Source: a virus. From it: DNA of 64,000 nt. The position numbers and the translations under genes were made by a program. Shown here piece after piece: positions 18,840-27,672 of the stretch. The stretch lies in IMG/VR virus record IMGVR_UViG_3300007775_000157, positions 1-64,000 of that record; one strand, given 5' to 3'. A model generated the notes under the pieces. That model had not been told where the DNA came from, ran no database searches, and saw only the letters and a program-made list of their open reading frames with translations. How positions within the stretch are numbered: position 1 is the first letter of the stretch; each line of letters starts with the position of its first letter.

Positions 18840-20912
18840 ATGGGAATAGCATACTACGAAGAATCATTTACTACTTGGCCAGCTACAGACCCAAGCGGTT
18901 GGACCACCAAAGATTTATCTGCGTATCTTCCGACATACGATGATATTACGGCAGAAATAGTCATAGCAAACTCAAATACTGCCGTTGGTAGTTATAGTGT
19001 TGGGGTTAGAACCAATGGGTCAACCTTAGACAGAAGATTCAATCTTGTTCCGGCATTATCTAACGGAGGCGCTAATTGCGCCACAATGAATGTTCAGGTT
19101 ACGAGCGGTGCCATAGAATATTATGGACCATCCGGGGTCGATTTTTACCTAGTAGGATTTTGGGCCGGTCCCAAGTATGTAGAGTTAGATACCAGACTTT
19201 CTCCTAGCGGGACAAATTCTTGGCTTACAATGAATCTGTCGGATGGCGGTGTTCCTAGTGGTGCATTGACAGAAATAATGTGTGCCCAGGGATGGGGTGG
19301 TCTGTTGATGGGTAATCGATCTATCGGTAATACGATAGATAGACGTATCCGCATGGAAATAGGCAGTGATTCTTTCGAGAGATACAATACTTGGACATCC
19401 TTTGTTCAGAGTAGCGGCTATAATGCTGCGATAGAACACTATGTTCAAACATACATTTTGAACAATAAATTTTATATATTAGGATACTGGGAAGTTCCTC
19501 CCGGAGATTTTACTGATGTCTTTCAATTGGACGAAGGAAATCCAACCTCTAACAATACATGGGAGGGCGTAGACATTTCCGGTATTCCGTCTGGAGCAGT
19601 TTGCTCTTTTGTTATGACAAATAGCGACATATCGACAAGTCGTGTATTAGGCATTCGGGAATCAGGAACATCTCTTGAAAGAAAAATAGACATAAGATTT
19701 GCCAATAATGCAACATATAAACTCGCTTGTTGTATGCATGTCATATCTAATTCTCCGATAGAAGCATTTTCAGAGGCAGCTACTGGTGTTAACGATGATT
19801 TCACACTAGCTGGATATTGGGATAATTTTGCTACCGTTCCATTACAAACTACTGTGTTTGATAATGCCGATCTGTTTATTGAAGGCATGTCTATCGGGAT
19901 ATCACAACAGGTTGACCTATATATGGACGGACTTGGGTCTAGTTCTGGCATAGTCAATCTTTTCACAATAAGTCATGATACAAATAATGATAATATTAAT
20001 GCTTATGTTTCTGGATCAGTTCCAGCAGTATCTTCAAATATGAACATGTTCGTTTCTGGCCTTGGATTATTTTCTGACACTCTTAATTTGTTTGTAAATG
20101 GAGACATAATCAGGGCGAATAATATTGATTTATATCTTGATGGATTTAGTTCTAGTTCTGGCCTTACGAATATTTTTATAGAAGGTTCTGAGACACTAAA
20201 CGACAGTCTTTCTATGTATGTGTCCGGATCAGTCAATATGTCGTCTGGTGACTTGAACCTGTATTTATGCGGAGGTTCCTTTGCGTTTGCGTCTGAAAAT
20301 CTGTTTATAAGTGGTCCATTCTCCACTTCTGTATCTGGAACTTGTGACTTAATCGTTAATGGGATAGTTCCGATTCCAGGAGTCTCTTGTCCAATTTTAG
20401 ACTCCACCGCTTCAATACAAATAAAATCTAGTTTAATACAAATCTATCAGTCTAGAATAGATGCACTCATTAACCAGCTTGGGAAAAATGTTTATCTTGA
20501 ATTTGATCCAATAATAGAACCTTGTCCAAATTGTGAATTTGATACAATTAGACACAGATCAAAAGGTATATATATAGTTGGTGGTCCTGTTCCTTTTGAG
20601 AGAGGAAGAAGGTGTCCTTACTGTAAAGGAAATGGTTTGTTGGAAACTCCTGTAAATAAGTGTATAAAATGTTTGCTTAAGTGGAACCCTAGAGATGCTG
20701 AAAATCATGGAATATCTCTGTCCCAAGGGAAGGGTATCGTTCGTCTGAAAACGTATCTAACAAACGCAGACGATTTATCTAGAGCAAGAACGGCATTAGT
20801 TAATCATGATATTGTGGATCAAATGAAATTAAAAGTTAAGCTATTGGAAGGCCCTATTCCCGTAGGGTTAAGAGAAGACAGATATTGTATAAGTTTTTGG
20901 GAATTGTTATAA
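18840..20912 (+). CDS. Paralogue of 15458..18838 lacking the propeller
   Basis: Shared KDLSAYLP..DITAEI.IANSNT and IYQSRIDALINQ.GKNVYLEF...CPNC...CPYCKG...GLREDRY. Confidence 0.65.
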   Translation: MGIAYYEESFTTWPATDPSGWTTKDLSAYLPTYDDITAEIVIANSNTAVGSYSVGVRTNGSTLDRRFNLVPALSNGGANCATMNVQVTSGAIEYYGPSGVDFYLVGFWAGPKYVELDTRLSPSGTNSWLTMNLSDGGVPSGALTEIMCAQGWGGLLMGNRSIGNTIDRRIRMEIGSDSFERYNTWTSFVQSSGYNAAIEHYVQTYILNNKFYILGYWEVPPGDFTDVFQLDEGNPTSNNTWEGVDISGIPSGAVCSFVMTNSDISTSRVLGIRESGTSLERKIDIRFANNATYKLACCMHVISNSPIEAFSEAATGVNDDFTLAGYWDNFATVPLQTTVFDNADLFIEGMSIGISQQVDLYMDGLGSSSGIVNLFTISHDTNNDNINAYVSGSVPAVSSNMNMFVSGLGLFSDTLNLFVNGDIIRANNIDLYLDGFSSSSGLTNIFIEGSETLNDSLSMYVSGSVNMSSGDLNLYLCGGSFAFASENLFISGPFSTSVSGTCDLIVNGIVPIPGVSCPILDSTASIQIKSSLIQIYQSRIDALINQLGKNVYLEFDPIIEPCPNCEFDTIRHRSKGIYIVGGPVPFERGRRCPYCKGNGLLETPVNKCIKCLLKWNPRDAENHGISLSQGKGIVRLKTYLTNADDLSRARTALVNHDIVDQMKLKVKLLEGPIPVGLREDRYCISFWELL

Positions 20913-21610
20913 TGACAAACTTTGGACTCGGATTAGATTTACCATCAAATTTTGATCGCCAATTAAAAAAGGGGATTAAGCAAGAGGGGTCTAAGAAATT
21001 TGCCTCAAGAGTTTTTGCAAAAGCTTCTATTATTTCTAAGGACATAGGTAATTTGTTGGTATATAAATTTGAATCTAGTATAGTAGCCAAAGCTCTTAGG
21101 GGACATAGTGCGACAGACCTTCCCGCACATCTTGGGTTATCTGATGCATTAGCTAACGCTTTCGTTGATGGTATGGCTGAACTGATCAGGTCTTCTGTTA
21201 AATTGTCTGCCCATTCCATTAATGGTCAAGTTGTTATAAACATTAAAGCCGTTGAAGACAACTGGGCGCAATATCTTAGTTTACCTGGCGCTGAATATAT
21301 TTCTCAGAAATCCGGCATAGTCATTCCTGTTGCAAAATGGTTGCTAATTGATCCTAATATAGATATAGGACAAGCATCATATGATATAGTTTTTCTGGGT
21401 GAGTCAACGAAATTTGACGCAAGAATCAGAAAAGTATCTAGAAGTGGGAGAGCTATTATGGTAGATTTAGAAACGCTTGGCGGAAGTGGAGGGTATGTTC
21501 TTCCTAATATCATATCCGGCCAAACCGGAGAGAATTTTATAGAATACACACTTCGACAGCCAAGAGTATCAAGCGAAGCTGTTCAGTTTTTACTTAAGAG
21601 GGTGAAATAA
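20912..21610 (+). CDS. Putative neck/tail-completion protein
   Basis: TAATG coupling on both sides; position between neck and tail terminator. Confidence 0.5.
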   Translation: MTNFGLGLDLPSNFDRQLKKGIKQEGSKKFASRVFAKASIISKDIGNLLVYKFESSIVAKALRGHSATDLPAHLGLSDALANAFVDGMAELIRSSVKLSAHSINGQVVINIKAVEDNWAQYLSLPGAEYISQKSGIVIPVAKWLLIDPNIDIGQASYDIVFLGESTKFDARIRKVSRSGRAIMVDLETLGGSGGYVLPNIISGQTGENFIEYTLRQPRVSSEAVQFLLKRVK

Positions 21611-22542
21611 TGGCTATAAATTTTAAAGGCACAAATATTGGTGGTTTCGGAGGTTATGAATTAACAGATCAGCTTCTATACAACCTAAAATGGTTTTTAG
21701 ACTGGGGCTTAGCCAATAGAGGTGCATTTGGCATATATGAATATGATTCCGAAAGTTATTTCGATGACGACGAATCCAGACTACATCCGGTGATAGATGA
21801 AAGATACACCTACGGACAGGTGTGGGAAGGAGCAGGACGTGAATGGGTCTGGGAAAGTGGCGTCACCCTTGGGAGCGGAACTGCTGATCCATTCCGTGTT
21901 TCCGGTGTTTATGTCGGAGGAAGCTTCGTACCGATATCTGATACGGGAATTTACAGACATCATATAGATTATCTGAATGGTAGAGTAATCTTTGACGAGC
22001 CACAAAATGACTCTGAAGATATCAGAGCGGAATACAGTAGACGATCTGTTCACGTTAGTTTTGCAGACAATAAAGACTTTAGGAGATTAATGCTGGAAGC
22101 CGTAGAAGAATTCTTGTCAGATAATTCTCCGTCTGGCACTCCCGCCAGAGAACATCAGATTTGGTTGCCGAGTATCTTTATCGAAATTAGGAAAGGGAGT
22201 CAGAGAGGGTTACAGCTTGGTGGTGGACAAACTAAGATAAAGGATGTTGTTTTTCATATTTTCGCAGACAATCCACAAGACAGGAATCTTTTGATGGACT
22301 GGCTAGATTATCAGAGTAGGAGTACCTTCTGGATGGCAGACCTAAATACGATAACATTTCCTTTTGATCAATATGGAGACATAGTATCTGGAACGACTAA
22401 TTGGCCAAACATGGTAGCATCTAACCCGTGGAAAAAATTACGAGTGATAGAAAGTAATTCAGAGACAATTAACTCTTTAAACTCTCAGTTGTTTAGGGCT
22501 AGAGTAACCTATAGGGTTGAGATAGATTTTGGTGGAATTTAA
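21610..22542 (+). CDS. Putative tail terminator/completion protein
   Basis: LPSIFIE...DVVFHIFA...RNLLMDWL pattern; directly upstream of major tail protein. Confidence 0.55.
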   Translation: MAINFKGTNIGGFGGYELTDQLLYNLKWFLDWGLANRGAFGIYEYDSESYFDDDESRLHPVIDERYTYGQVWEGAGREWVWESGVTLGSGTADPFRVSGVYVGGSFVPISDTGIYRHHIDYLNGRVIFDEPQNDSEDIRAEYSRRSVHVSFADNKDFRRLMLEAVEEFLSDNSPSGTPAREHQIWLPSIFIEIRKGSQRGLQLGGGQTKIKDVVFHIFADNPQDRNLLMDWLDYQSRSTFWMADLNTITFPFDQYGDIVSGTTNWPNMVASNPWKKLRVIESNSETINSLNSQLFRARVTYRVEIDFGGI

Positions 22543-22543
22543 T

Positions 22544-22554
22544 TGGTGTATAAT
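22544..22554 (+). promoter_or_regulatory. Putative late promoter motif TGGTGTATAAT
   Basis: Motif upstream of major tail protein. Confidence 0.7.
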
Positions 22555-22613
22555 ATTGTGACAATGGACAGAATTGGACAGAAAAGATTTATATTGAAAG
22601 GTTAGTGATATAA

Positions 22614-23729
22614 ATGGCTCAGAACCGTATATTTTATGCGATACAAGCACTAGGTTTTGCTCCGCATGAGCAATTATGCCCGTTGGATGCAGGCAATCTG
22701 CATACCGGATCGGGTACTCATCCGTCAGGCTTTATAACAGCCCATGGCGTTCAAAGTGTTGGACTCAACACGACTTTTAATCTAGAACAGATATTTGAAT
22801 TGGGTCAATTAGAGCTTTACGAAAACATTGAAGGTATTCCCGACATAGAAGTAACCTTGCAAAAGGTTCTTGACGGATATCCTCTATTATATCATTTGGC
22901 TACACCGAATGCAACGTCCGCGACTCTTGTTGGACGATCTAATGAAAGATGTTATGCCGCTCTCAACATTTATCCAGATACCAACGATAATGCATCGGGA
23001 ACCCCTTTGCAGTCTGTAGGCATGTCTGGTATGTACGTTTCTACTCTGACGTATACGCTGAACGTAGAAGGCAGTTCTACCGAAGATGTTACTCTTGTTG
23101 GTAACGATAAAGAGTGGATAGCCAGTGGGTTAAATCACTTCGCACCAAGTGTTTTTGATGGTTCCGACGAACCTCTATCTATTACTACGTCTGGTGGAGT
23201 AGCCCAGAGAGAGAATATTCTGATGGGTAGCGGAGTTTCTATGGGAAGCGACGGTACTATTACAGGGGTTAGCGGGAGTCTGTTCCCGGTTGCTATAGAT
23301 GGCATAGATGCCAATGGACATAATCTTGATTCGGGTGACGGATCATTTAGTGCCCACCTTCAAACTATTACTATTAGCACGGACCTTGGCAGAGACGAAT
23401 TATACGAACTCGGCCGTAGAGGCCCTTATCATAGATTTGTTTCATTCCCCGTTGAAGTTACTTGCGCGATAGACTCAACTTCTTCGGAAGGCGACTTAAT
23501 TGATGCCTTGGCTGATCCGCCAGGAGGCACTAATTTGTCTAACGAGAAGATTTTTGTTTGGGTGGAAGAAGGTACTCGTATTAATCTTGGAGCAAAGAAT
23601 AAGTTGGCTTCCGTGACCTACGGAGGCGGCGATGCAGGTGGAGGAAACGTGACAGTTACATATAATTATTCAAACTTTAATAGCTTAAAGGTCACTCACG
23701 TCCAAGACCCTGCTGGTTTGGCAACATAG
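22614..23729 (+). CDS. Major tail (tube) protein
   Basis: Own promoter and terminator; internal duplication QSVGL......EQIFELG / QTITI......DELYELG typical of tube folds. Confidence 0.7.
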   Translation: MAQNRIFYAIQALGFAPHEQLCPLDAGNLHTGSGTHPSGFITAHGVQSVGLNTTFNLEQIFELGQLELYENIEGIPDIEVTLQKVLDGYPLLYHLATPNATSATLVGRSNERCYAALNIYPDTNDNASGTPLQSVGMSGMYVSTLTYTLNVEGSSTEDVTLVGNDKEWIASGLNHFAPSVFDGSDEPLSITTSGGVAQRENILMGSGVSMGSDGTITGVSGSLFPVAIDGIDANGHNLDSGDGSFSAHLQTITISTDLGRDELYELGRRGPYHRFVSFPVEVTCAIDSTSSEGDLIDALADPPGGTNLSNEKIFVWVEEGTRINLGAKNKLASVTYGGGDAGGGNVTVTYNYSNFNSLKVTHVQDPAGLAT

Positions 23730-23753
23730 AGATCATAATATAAGCAGATTATG

Positions 23754-23789
23754 AATCGGGGTAGTTTTCGGACTATCCCGATTTTTTTT
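23754..23789 (+). terminator. Rho-independent terminator
   Basis: AATCGGGGTAGTT-TTCG-GACTATCCCGATT then T-run. Confidence 0.9.
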
Positions 23790-23850
23790 ATTTTCAACTA
23801 GAACCATCTTAGTCTTTTATCGTATAATCACAGTAAACGATTTGAATCAC

Positions 23851-24030
23851 ATGGGTAGAAGTATTTTAGTTAGTGGAAAGGCGACAGAATTAGGCAAGAT
23901 TATTGCAAATATTATTCAGATCGAATGTTATGATTCGTCTTCTGATAATTTTTCTTGTAAAAAAATCGTGGACCCGCTAGAGTCAGAAAAGAAACGAATC
24001 GACGATAATCTTAGAAGTGTTTTTGGGTAA
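23851..24030 (+). CDS. Hypothetical protein ending DDNLRSVFG
   Basis: Preceded by CGTATAAT at 23821; C-terminal motif shared with next gene. Confidence 0.6.
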   Translation: MGRSILVSGKATELGKIIANIIQIECYDSSSDNFSCKKIVDPLESEKKRIDDNLRSVFG

Positions 24031-24039
24031 GGAGTGTGT

Positions 24040-24498
24040 ATGAATATAACAAACACCCACCAATACTATGACAGAAGATGTAATCTACCATTCAACATAT
24101 TTTTGTATTACCGAGACAAGCAAGGGTATCGTCTATCACACAATCTGCGTCTTTCTATAGAAGACACAATAAGATTAACTAAATTTTTAAATAAAGACGA
24201 AAAAATCTCTTCGGAAACAATCATGATAAAATCAGATAATATTTTGTATTATTTTTCGTGGGACACAAATTATAATTATGTATTAATTACCACCATACCG
24301 GCTGGTATTTCTGTTTATCACCAAAGAGATAGATTTGAGTTATATGGTTTAACGGCAAAAGAGTTGTGTCGTCTTTTGTTGGTAAATTTATCAATCGAGA
24401 ATCTATATGAAAATACTACTGACGAAAATGCACAGACCAATTTTGCCGAAATGATAAAAAATAAAATGAACGACAATTTAAGGAGTGTTTTTGGATGA
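24040..24498 (+). CDS. Hypothetical protein ending NDNLRSVFG
   Basis: AGGAG RBS; shared C-terminal motif. Confidence 0.65.
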   Translation: MNITNTHQYYDRRCNLPFNIFLYYRDKQGYRLSHNLRLSIEDTIRLTKFLNKDEKISSETIMIKSDNILYYFSWDTNYNYVLITTIPAGISVYHQRDRFELYGLTAKELCRLLLVNLSIENLYENTTDENAQTNFAEMIKNKMNDNLRSVFG

Positions 24499-24812
24499 GA
24501 AAAATAGGTAGTTTCAAAACATCTCTTGGTCTTGTGACCATAGCTTTCGATACGAATGATTTAGTAGAACAAAAAATCAGAGGATTATGGTGCGAACGTA
24601 GAACATTTTTGTGTACCACCAAATTTGAATGGCTAGCAGGCAAGGAACATATTAAGTCCCTGTATGATGTAGGACTTTTCCACGAAGGCGAAATTGCCAT
24701 CATAGCAGATGAAGACTTTTGGTTACAATTGAGTTGCGAGATTCTTATCATGGATCACCAGAATATTTACTTAATTTTGATGGATAAGGTTTGGAAATTG
24801 TGTATAATATAG
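24495..24812 (+). CDS. Hypothetical protein
   Basis: ATGA overlap and AGGAG RBS. Confidence 0.55.
   Translation: MRKIGSFKTSLGLVTIAFDTNDLVEQKIRGLWCERRTFLCTTKFEWLAGKEHIKSLYDVGLFHEGEIAIIADEDFWLQLSCEILIMDHQNIYLILMDKVWKLCII
24798..24808 (+). promoter_or_regulatory. Putative late promoter motif TTGTGTATAAT
   Basis: Motif directly upstream of the structured noncoding element. Confidence 0.65.
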
Positions 24813-24914
24813 TAGACAACGAAAGCAAGCAGACGCCGAATTCGTTTAGTTGCGCCACCTTGCCGGAGTTCGTTACCTTAGTGACCTGGGGGCTATGAAC
24901 TAGCCCCCTTTTTT
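24813..24914 (+). ncRNA. Candidate structured small RNA or attenuator/riboswitch leader
   Basis: GC-richer noncoding ~100 nt between promoter motif and terminator; nested helices AACGAA/TTCGTT, GCAAG/CTTGC, AGACG/CGTTT. Confidence 0.5.
24888..24914 (+). terminator. Rho-independent terminator
   Basis: GGGGGCTA-TGAAC-TAGCCCCC-TTTTTT. Confidence 0.9.
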
Positions 24915-24926
24915 CATGGAACCGGC

Positions 24927-25253
24927 ATGAACAGAAAATGGTCCGTTATCATACCGTCTATTGTGTTCCTCGCATCAGTCTTCGATTTAATAGTTACACT
25001 CAAGGCCGAAAGAATATACGAACATTTCTATGAAGCTAATCCTGTCGTAAGATATGTATGGCAGGAATGTGGAGACGATGGAATTATAATATTTAAGATG
25101 ACACTCACTTTGTTGTCCTGCTTTGCTTCTTGGTATGTTCTATTTTACAAGAATAATATTTGGCAAATTTTCGTTGCTATTTTTGATTTATCGATTTCTT
25201 TTACTCTCATTCTTTGGTGGATTATTTGGTTTTTTTTAAACACGCCTCTATAA
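24927..25253 (+). CDS. Small membrane protein, DUF5658-like
   Basis: Three hydrophobic segments with D...T......EANP motif. Confidence 0.7.
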   Translation: MNRKWSVIIPSIVFLASVFDLIVTLKAERIYEHFYEANPVVRYVWQECGDDGIIIFKMTLTLLSCFASWYVLFYKNNIWQIFVAIFDLSISFTLILWWIIWFFLNTPL

Positions 25254-25309
25254 GATTCGTATAATGATGTGTCGTCTATTATTGCGGAAGAACACAAAAG
25301 GAAAACTGA

Positions 25310-25627
25310 ATGAAAAATGAAGTAAGTGACAGGTTTGTAGATTCTACGGCAGAAACAATAAAATTCGAAAAAGATATTCCGGCACGCTTATTGAAAGGTT
25401 GTACCTTTAGACATTATGGAATCAATGACCCATCGGGACTTTGTGATGGTGGAGATTATATTGATGAGGTGCAAATAAGGATAGACGACGACCATGGCAG
25501 TGTATATGTTAGTGTTAGGCCGAATGAACGCGGAGATTGGTGGTATCTTAAGTTGTCATGGGAAGATTTTGCTAAATGGTTTACTAATTGTGTCAAAAAA
25601 CACAAGCTTTCTGTTAAGGTAGATTAA
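25310..25627 (+). CDS. Hypothetical protein
   Basis: ORF with AAGGA RBS; CGTATAAT at ~25258. Confidence 0.55.
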   Translation: MKNEVSDRFVDSTAETIKFEKDIPARLLKGCTFRHYGINDPSGLCDGGDYIDEVQIRIDDDHGSVYVSVRPNERGDWWYLKLSWEDFAKWFTNCVKKHKLSVKVD

Positions 25628-25655
25628 GTTGCACATCACAAGATTGGAGATATAA

Positions 25656-25964
25656 ATGACAATAGAAGATGCTAAAAGAAAAGTAGACGAAATTATTAGG
25701 TCGAGTGGAACAACACATCCAAAGATTTCAGTAGTGCAATTGGCTGGTATAGTTAAATATCTTATAGGCGCACTAGATAGAATCAAAATGCCGAAAACGA
25801 CTGTGCTTAGTACGCTTCCATATGACAAGGTTGAAATTGATCCACAAAATCAACTTAATAGAACTCCACCTTTGACCCCAGATAGAAAAAGATATTTTGA
25901 TCAACCAAACAAGGATGGAAAAGAGGAAAATCCACTTCCTCCGATCCCACCGGAGACAGAATAA
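25656..25964 (+). CDS. Hypothetical protein, Pro-rich C-terminus
   Basis: GGAG RBS; TAATG coupling to ligase. Confidence 0.55.
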   Translation: MTIEDAKRKVDEIIRSSGTTHPKISVVQLAGIVKYLIGALDRIKMPKTTVLSTLPYDKVEIDPQNQLNRTPPLTPDRKRYFDQPNKDGKEENPLPPIPPETE

Positions 25965-26929
25965 TGTGTCAAATAAAAGAACATACGTGTGATGTCGTAC
26001 GAATCAAACTTGAGAATCATCCAAATGCAGATGCGCTTAGCATAGTACATGTTAAAGATTTTCAATGTGTTGTAAAAACATCTGATTGGAAGGATGGGGA
26101 GTTGGCTGTGTACATCCCCCCAGACAGCGTTGTTCCGAACACAAAACCGTTCGATTTTCTCAACGGTAATACAAGGATCAAGGCGAGAAGACTTCGGGGG
26201 GAATGGTCTATGGGATTATTGGTCCCAGCCCCAGACGGAGCTAAGGTGGGCGACGATTACATGGAGTGGATGGGTATTACACACTACGATCCTCCGATTA
26301 AGAGCCATTTTTCTACTGGGGGAGATAACACAAATGCGCCACCAGGGTTTATCCCAAAATATGACGTTCTGAATTTTCGAAAATACGCGCAAGTATTTCA
26401 GGATGGAGAAGAAGTTGTCGTGACAGAAAAAATTCACGGAGCAAATACTAGATTTGTTTGTCACAACGATCAAATGTTCTGTGGATCAAGGAACAACTGG
26501 AAAAAAGAAGACCCTAATAATCTATGGTGGAAAGCTTTGAATCAAAATCCAGCGCTCGAAGCATGGCTAAGACGCAATCAGGATTATGTAGTTTACGGGG
26601 AGATTTTCGGGAATGTTCAAAGTCTAAAATATGGTGCTACAAATGGTCAAATATTTTTCGCTGTTTTTGATATCATGAAAAATAATCAATGGCTTGACTA
26701 CGACGAAGCACACGAGATAGGTAAACCTTTGACTTGGGTTCCGTTGGTTTTTCGTGGTCCATTTAACAAAGAGCAAATACTTGAGTTTGCCGAAGGCGAT
26801 AGCATCTGGCCAGAAGCCAATCATCATGCAGAAGGTGTTGTTGTAAAGCCTGTGAAAGAGAGAACAGAAAGAAAAATAGGCAGAGTTCAGTTGAAGGTAG
26901 TAGGGAATAGATATTTGAGCAAAAGTTAA
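25964..26929 (+). CDS. ATP-dependent RNA ligase, DRB0094/Rnl5-like
   Basis: N-terminal HPNADALS OB-like module; motif I TEKIHGAN; YGEIFG, FAVFDI, EGVVVKP, LKVV. Confidence 0.88.
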   Translation: MCQIKEHTCDVVRIKLENHPNADALSIVHVKDFQCVVKTSDWKDGELAVYIPPDSVVPNTKPFDFLNGNTRIKARRLRGEWSMGLLVPAPDGAKVGDDYMEWMGITHYDPPIKSHFSTGGDNTNAPPGFIPKYDVLNFRKYAQVFQDGEEVVVTEKIHGANTRFVCHNDQMFCGSRNNWKKEDPNNLWWKALNQNPALEAWLRRNQDYVVYGEIFGNVQSLKYGATNGQIFFAVFDIMKNNQWLDYDEAHEIGKPLTWVPLVFRGPFNKEQILEFAEGDSIWPEANHHAEGVVVKPVKERTERKIGRVQLKVVGNRYLSKS

Positions 26930-26940
26930 AAGGAGAAAAA

Positions 26941-27231
26941 ATGCCGTACATATCCTTAAAAGATAGACAAAAATACGACCAATATATTAATGAGATTGCA
27001 AATTCTTTGTTGAAGTCTGAGAATAATGATGTTTTAAGCGGAGCAATGAACTACATACTTTTCCGTCTTGCAAAAATCCTGTGCGATGTTGATTCTGGTG
27101 GTTCCAGGAGCTATGCTCGAATGGCCGTTGTGTCTTCTGCTATGTCGGAGGCTCAAGCAGAATTTAGGCGAAGGATTATGGCTCCGTATGAAGATGAAAA
27201 GATAGAACAAAACGGTGATGTTGTATGTTAA
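26941..27231 (+). CDS. Conserved phage protein (MPYI...R family, DUF6899-like)
   Basis: MPYI....R...G.MNY...EFRRR..APYEDEKI..NGDV. Confidence 0.65.
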   Translation: MPYISLKDRQKYDQYINEIANSLLKSENNDVLSGAMNYILFRLAKILCDVDSGGSRSYARMAVVSSAMSEAQAEFRRRIMAPYEDEKIEQNGDVVC

Positions 27232-27271
27232 TTTTTTTGGAGAAATCCAGCAAAAAAGATTATATTAGTTT

Positions 27272-27344
27272 GCCCCTGTCTTCTAGAGGCCTAGGATGCT
27301 GGTTTTTCATGCCGGTGACGCGAGTTCGAATCTCGCCAGGGGTA
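27272..27344 (+). tRNA. tRNA-Glu(TTC)
   Basis: Acceptor GCCCCTG/CAGGGGT; anticodon arm CTGGT-TTTTCAT-GCCGG; GTTCGAATC T loop; no encoded CCA. Confidence 0.92.
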
Positions 27345-27360
27345 TTTTGAAAGGGGAAAA

Positions 27361-27663
27361 ATGATTAGGTTAGAATACAATGGTTGTGAGGTTAAGGTTA
27401 AATTTTATCATAAAACATTAAATGCATTAGAGGTTGAATGTGTGACTGGAATCTCTGTCGACAGTCCAAGGAGATGCACCTATGCTCAAATAGAGATTGG
27501 ACACAACAAAAGAGTGTATCAGGGAATTGCCGTTTGCCATTCATTGGACAATTTCTGTAAGGCGACAGGAAGAAAAAAGGCCTTAGAAGATGCCATCTTT
27601 TCTCTTAATAAAGAATTGAGAAAAGTTGTCTGGGAAGCCTACGGACAACAAATAGGATTTTAG
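27361..27663 (+). CDS. Hypothetical phage protein
   Basis: AVCH..DNFCK..GRKKAL motif seen in small phage proteins; GAAAGG RBS. Confidence 0.6.
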   Translation: MIRLEYNGCEVKVKFYHKTLNALEVECVTGISVDSPRRCTYAQIEIGHNKRVYQGIAVCHSLDNFCKATGRKKALEDAIFSLNKELRKVVWEAYGQQIGF

Positions 27664-27672
27664 GAGACAGCT

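Noticed and set aside
15458-20912. Diversity-generating retroelement TR/VR pair among duplicated fibre segments
   Set aside because: Differences are mostly synonymous rather than adenine-specific, both copies are coding, and no reverse transcriptase is in the window.
24813-24887. tmRNA coding piece (GCA GAC GCC GAA TTC GTT TAG)
   Set aside because: Peptide ADAEFV lacks the ALAA-type end; no pseudoknot series; the tRNA-like RNA at 33160 lacks G3:U70.
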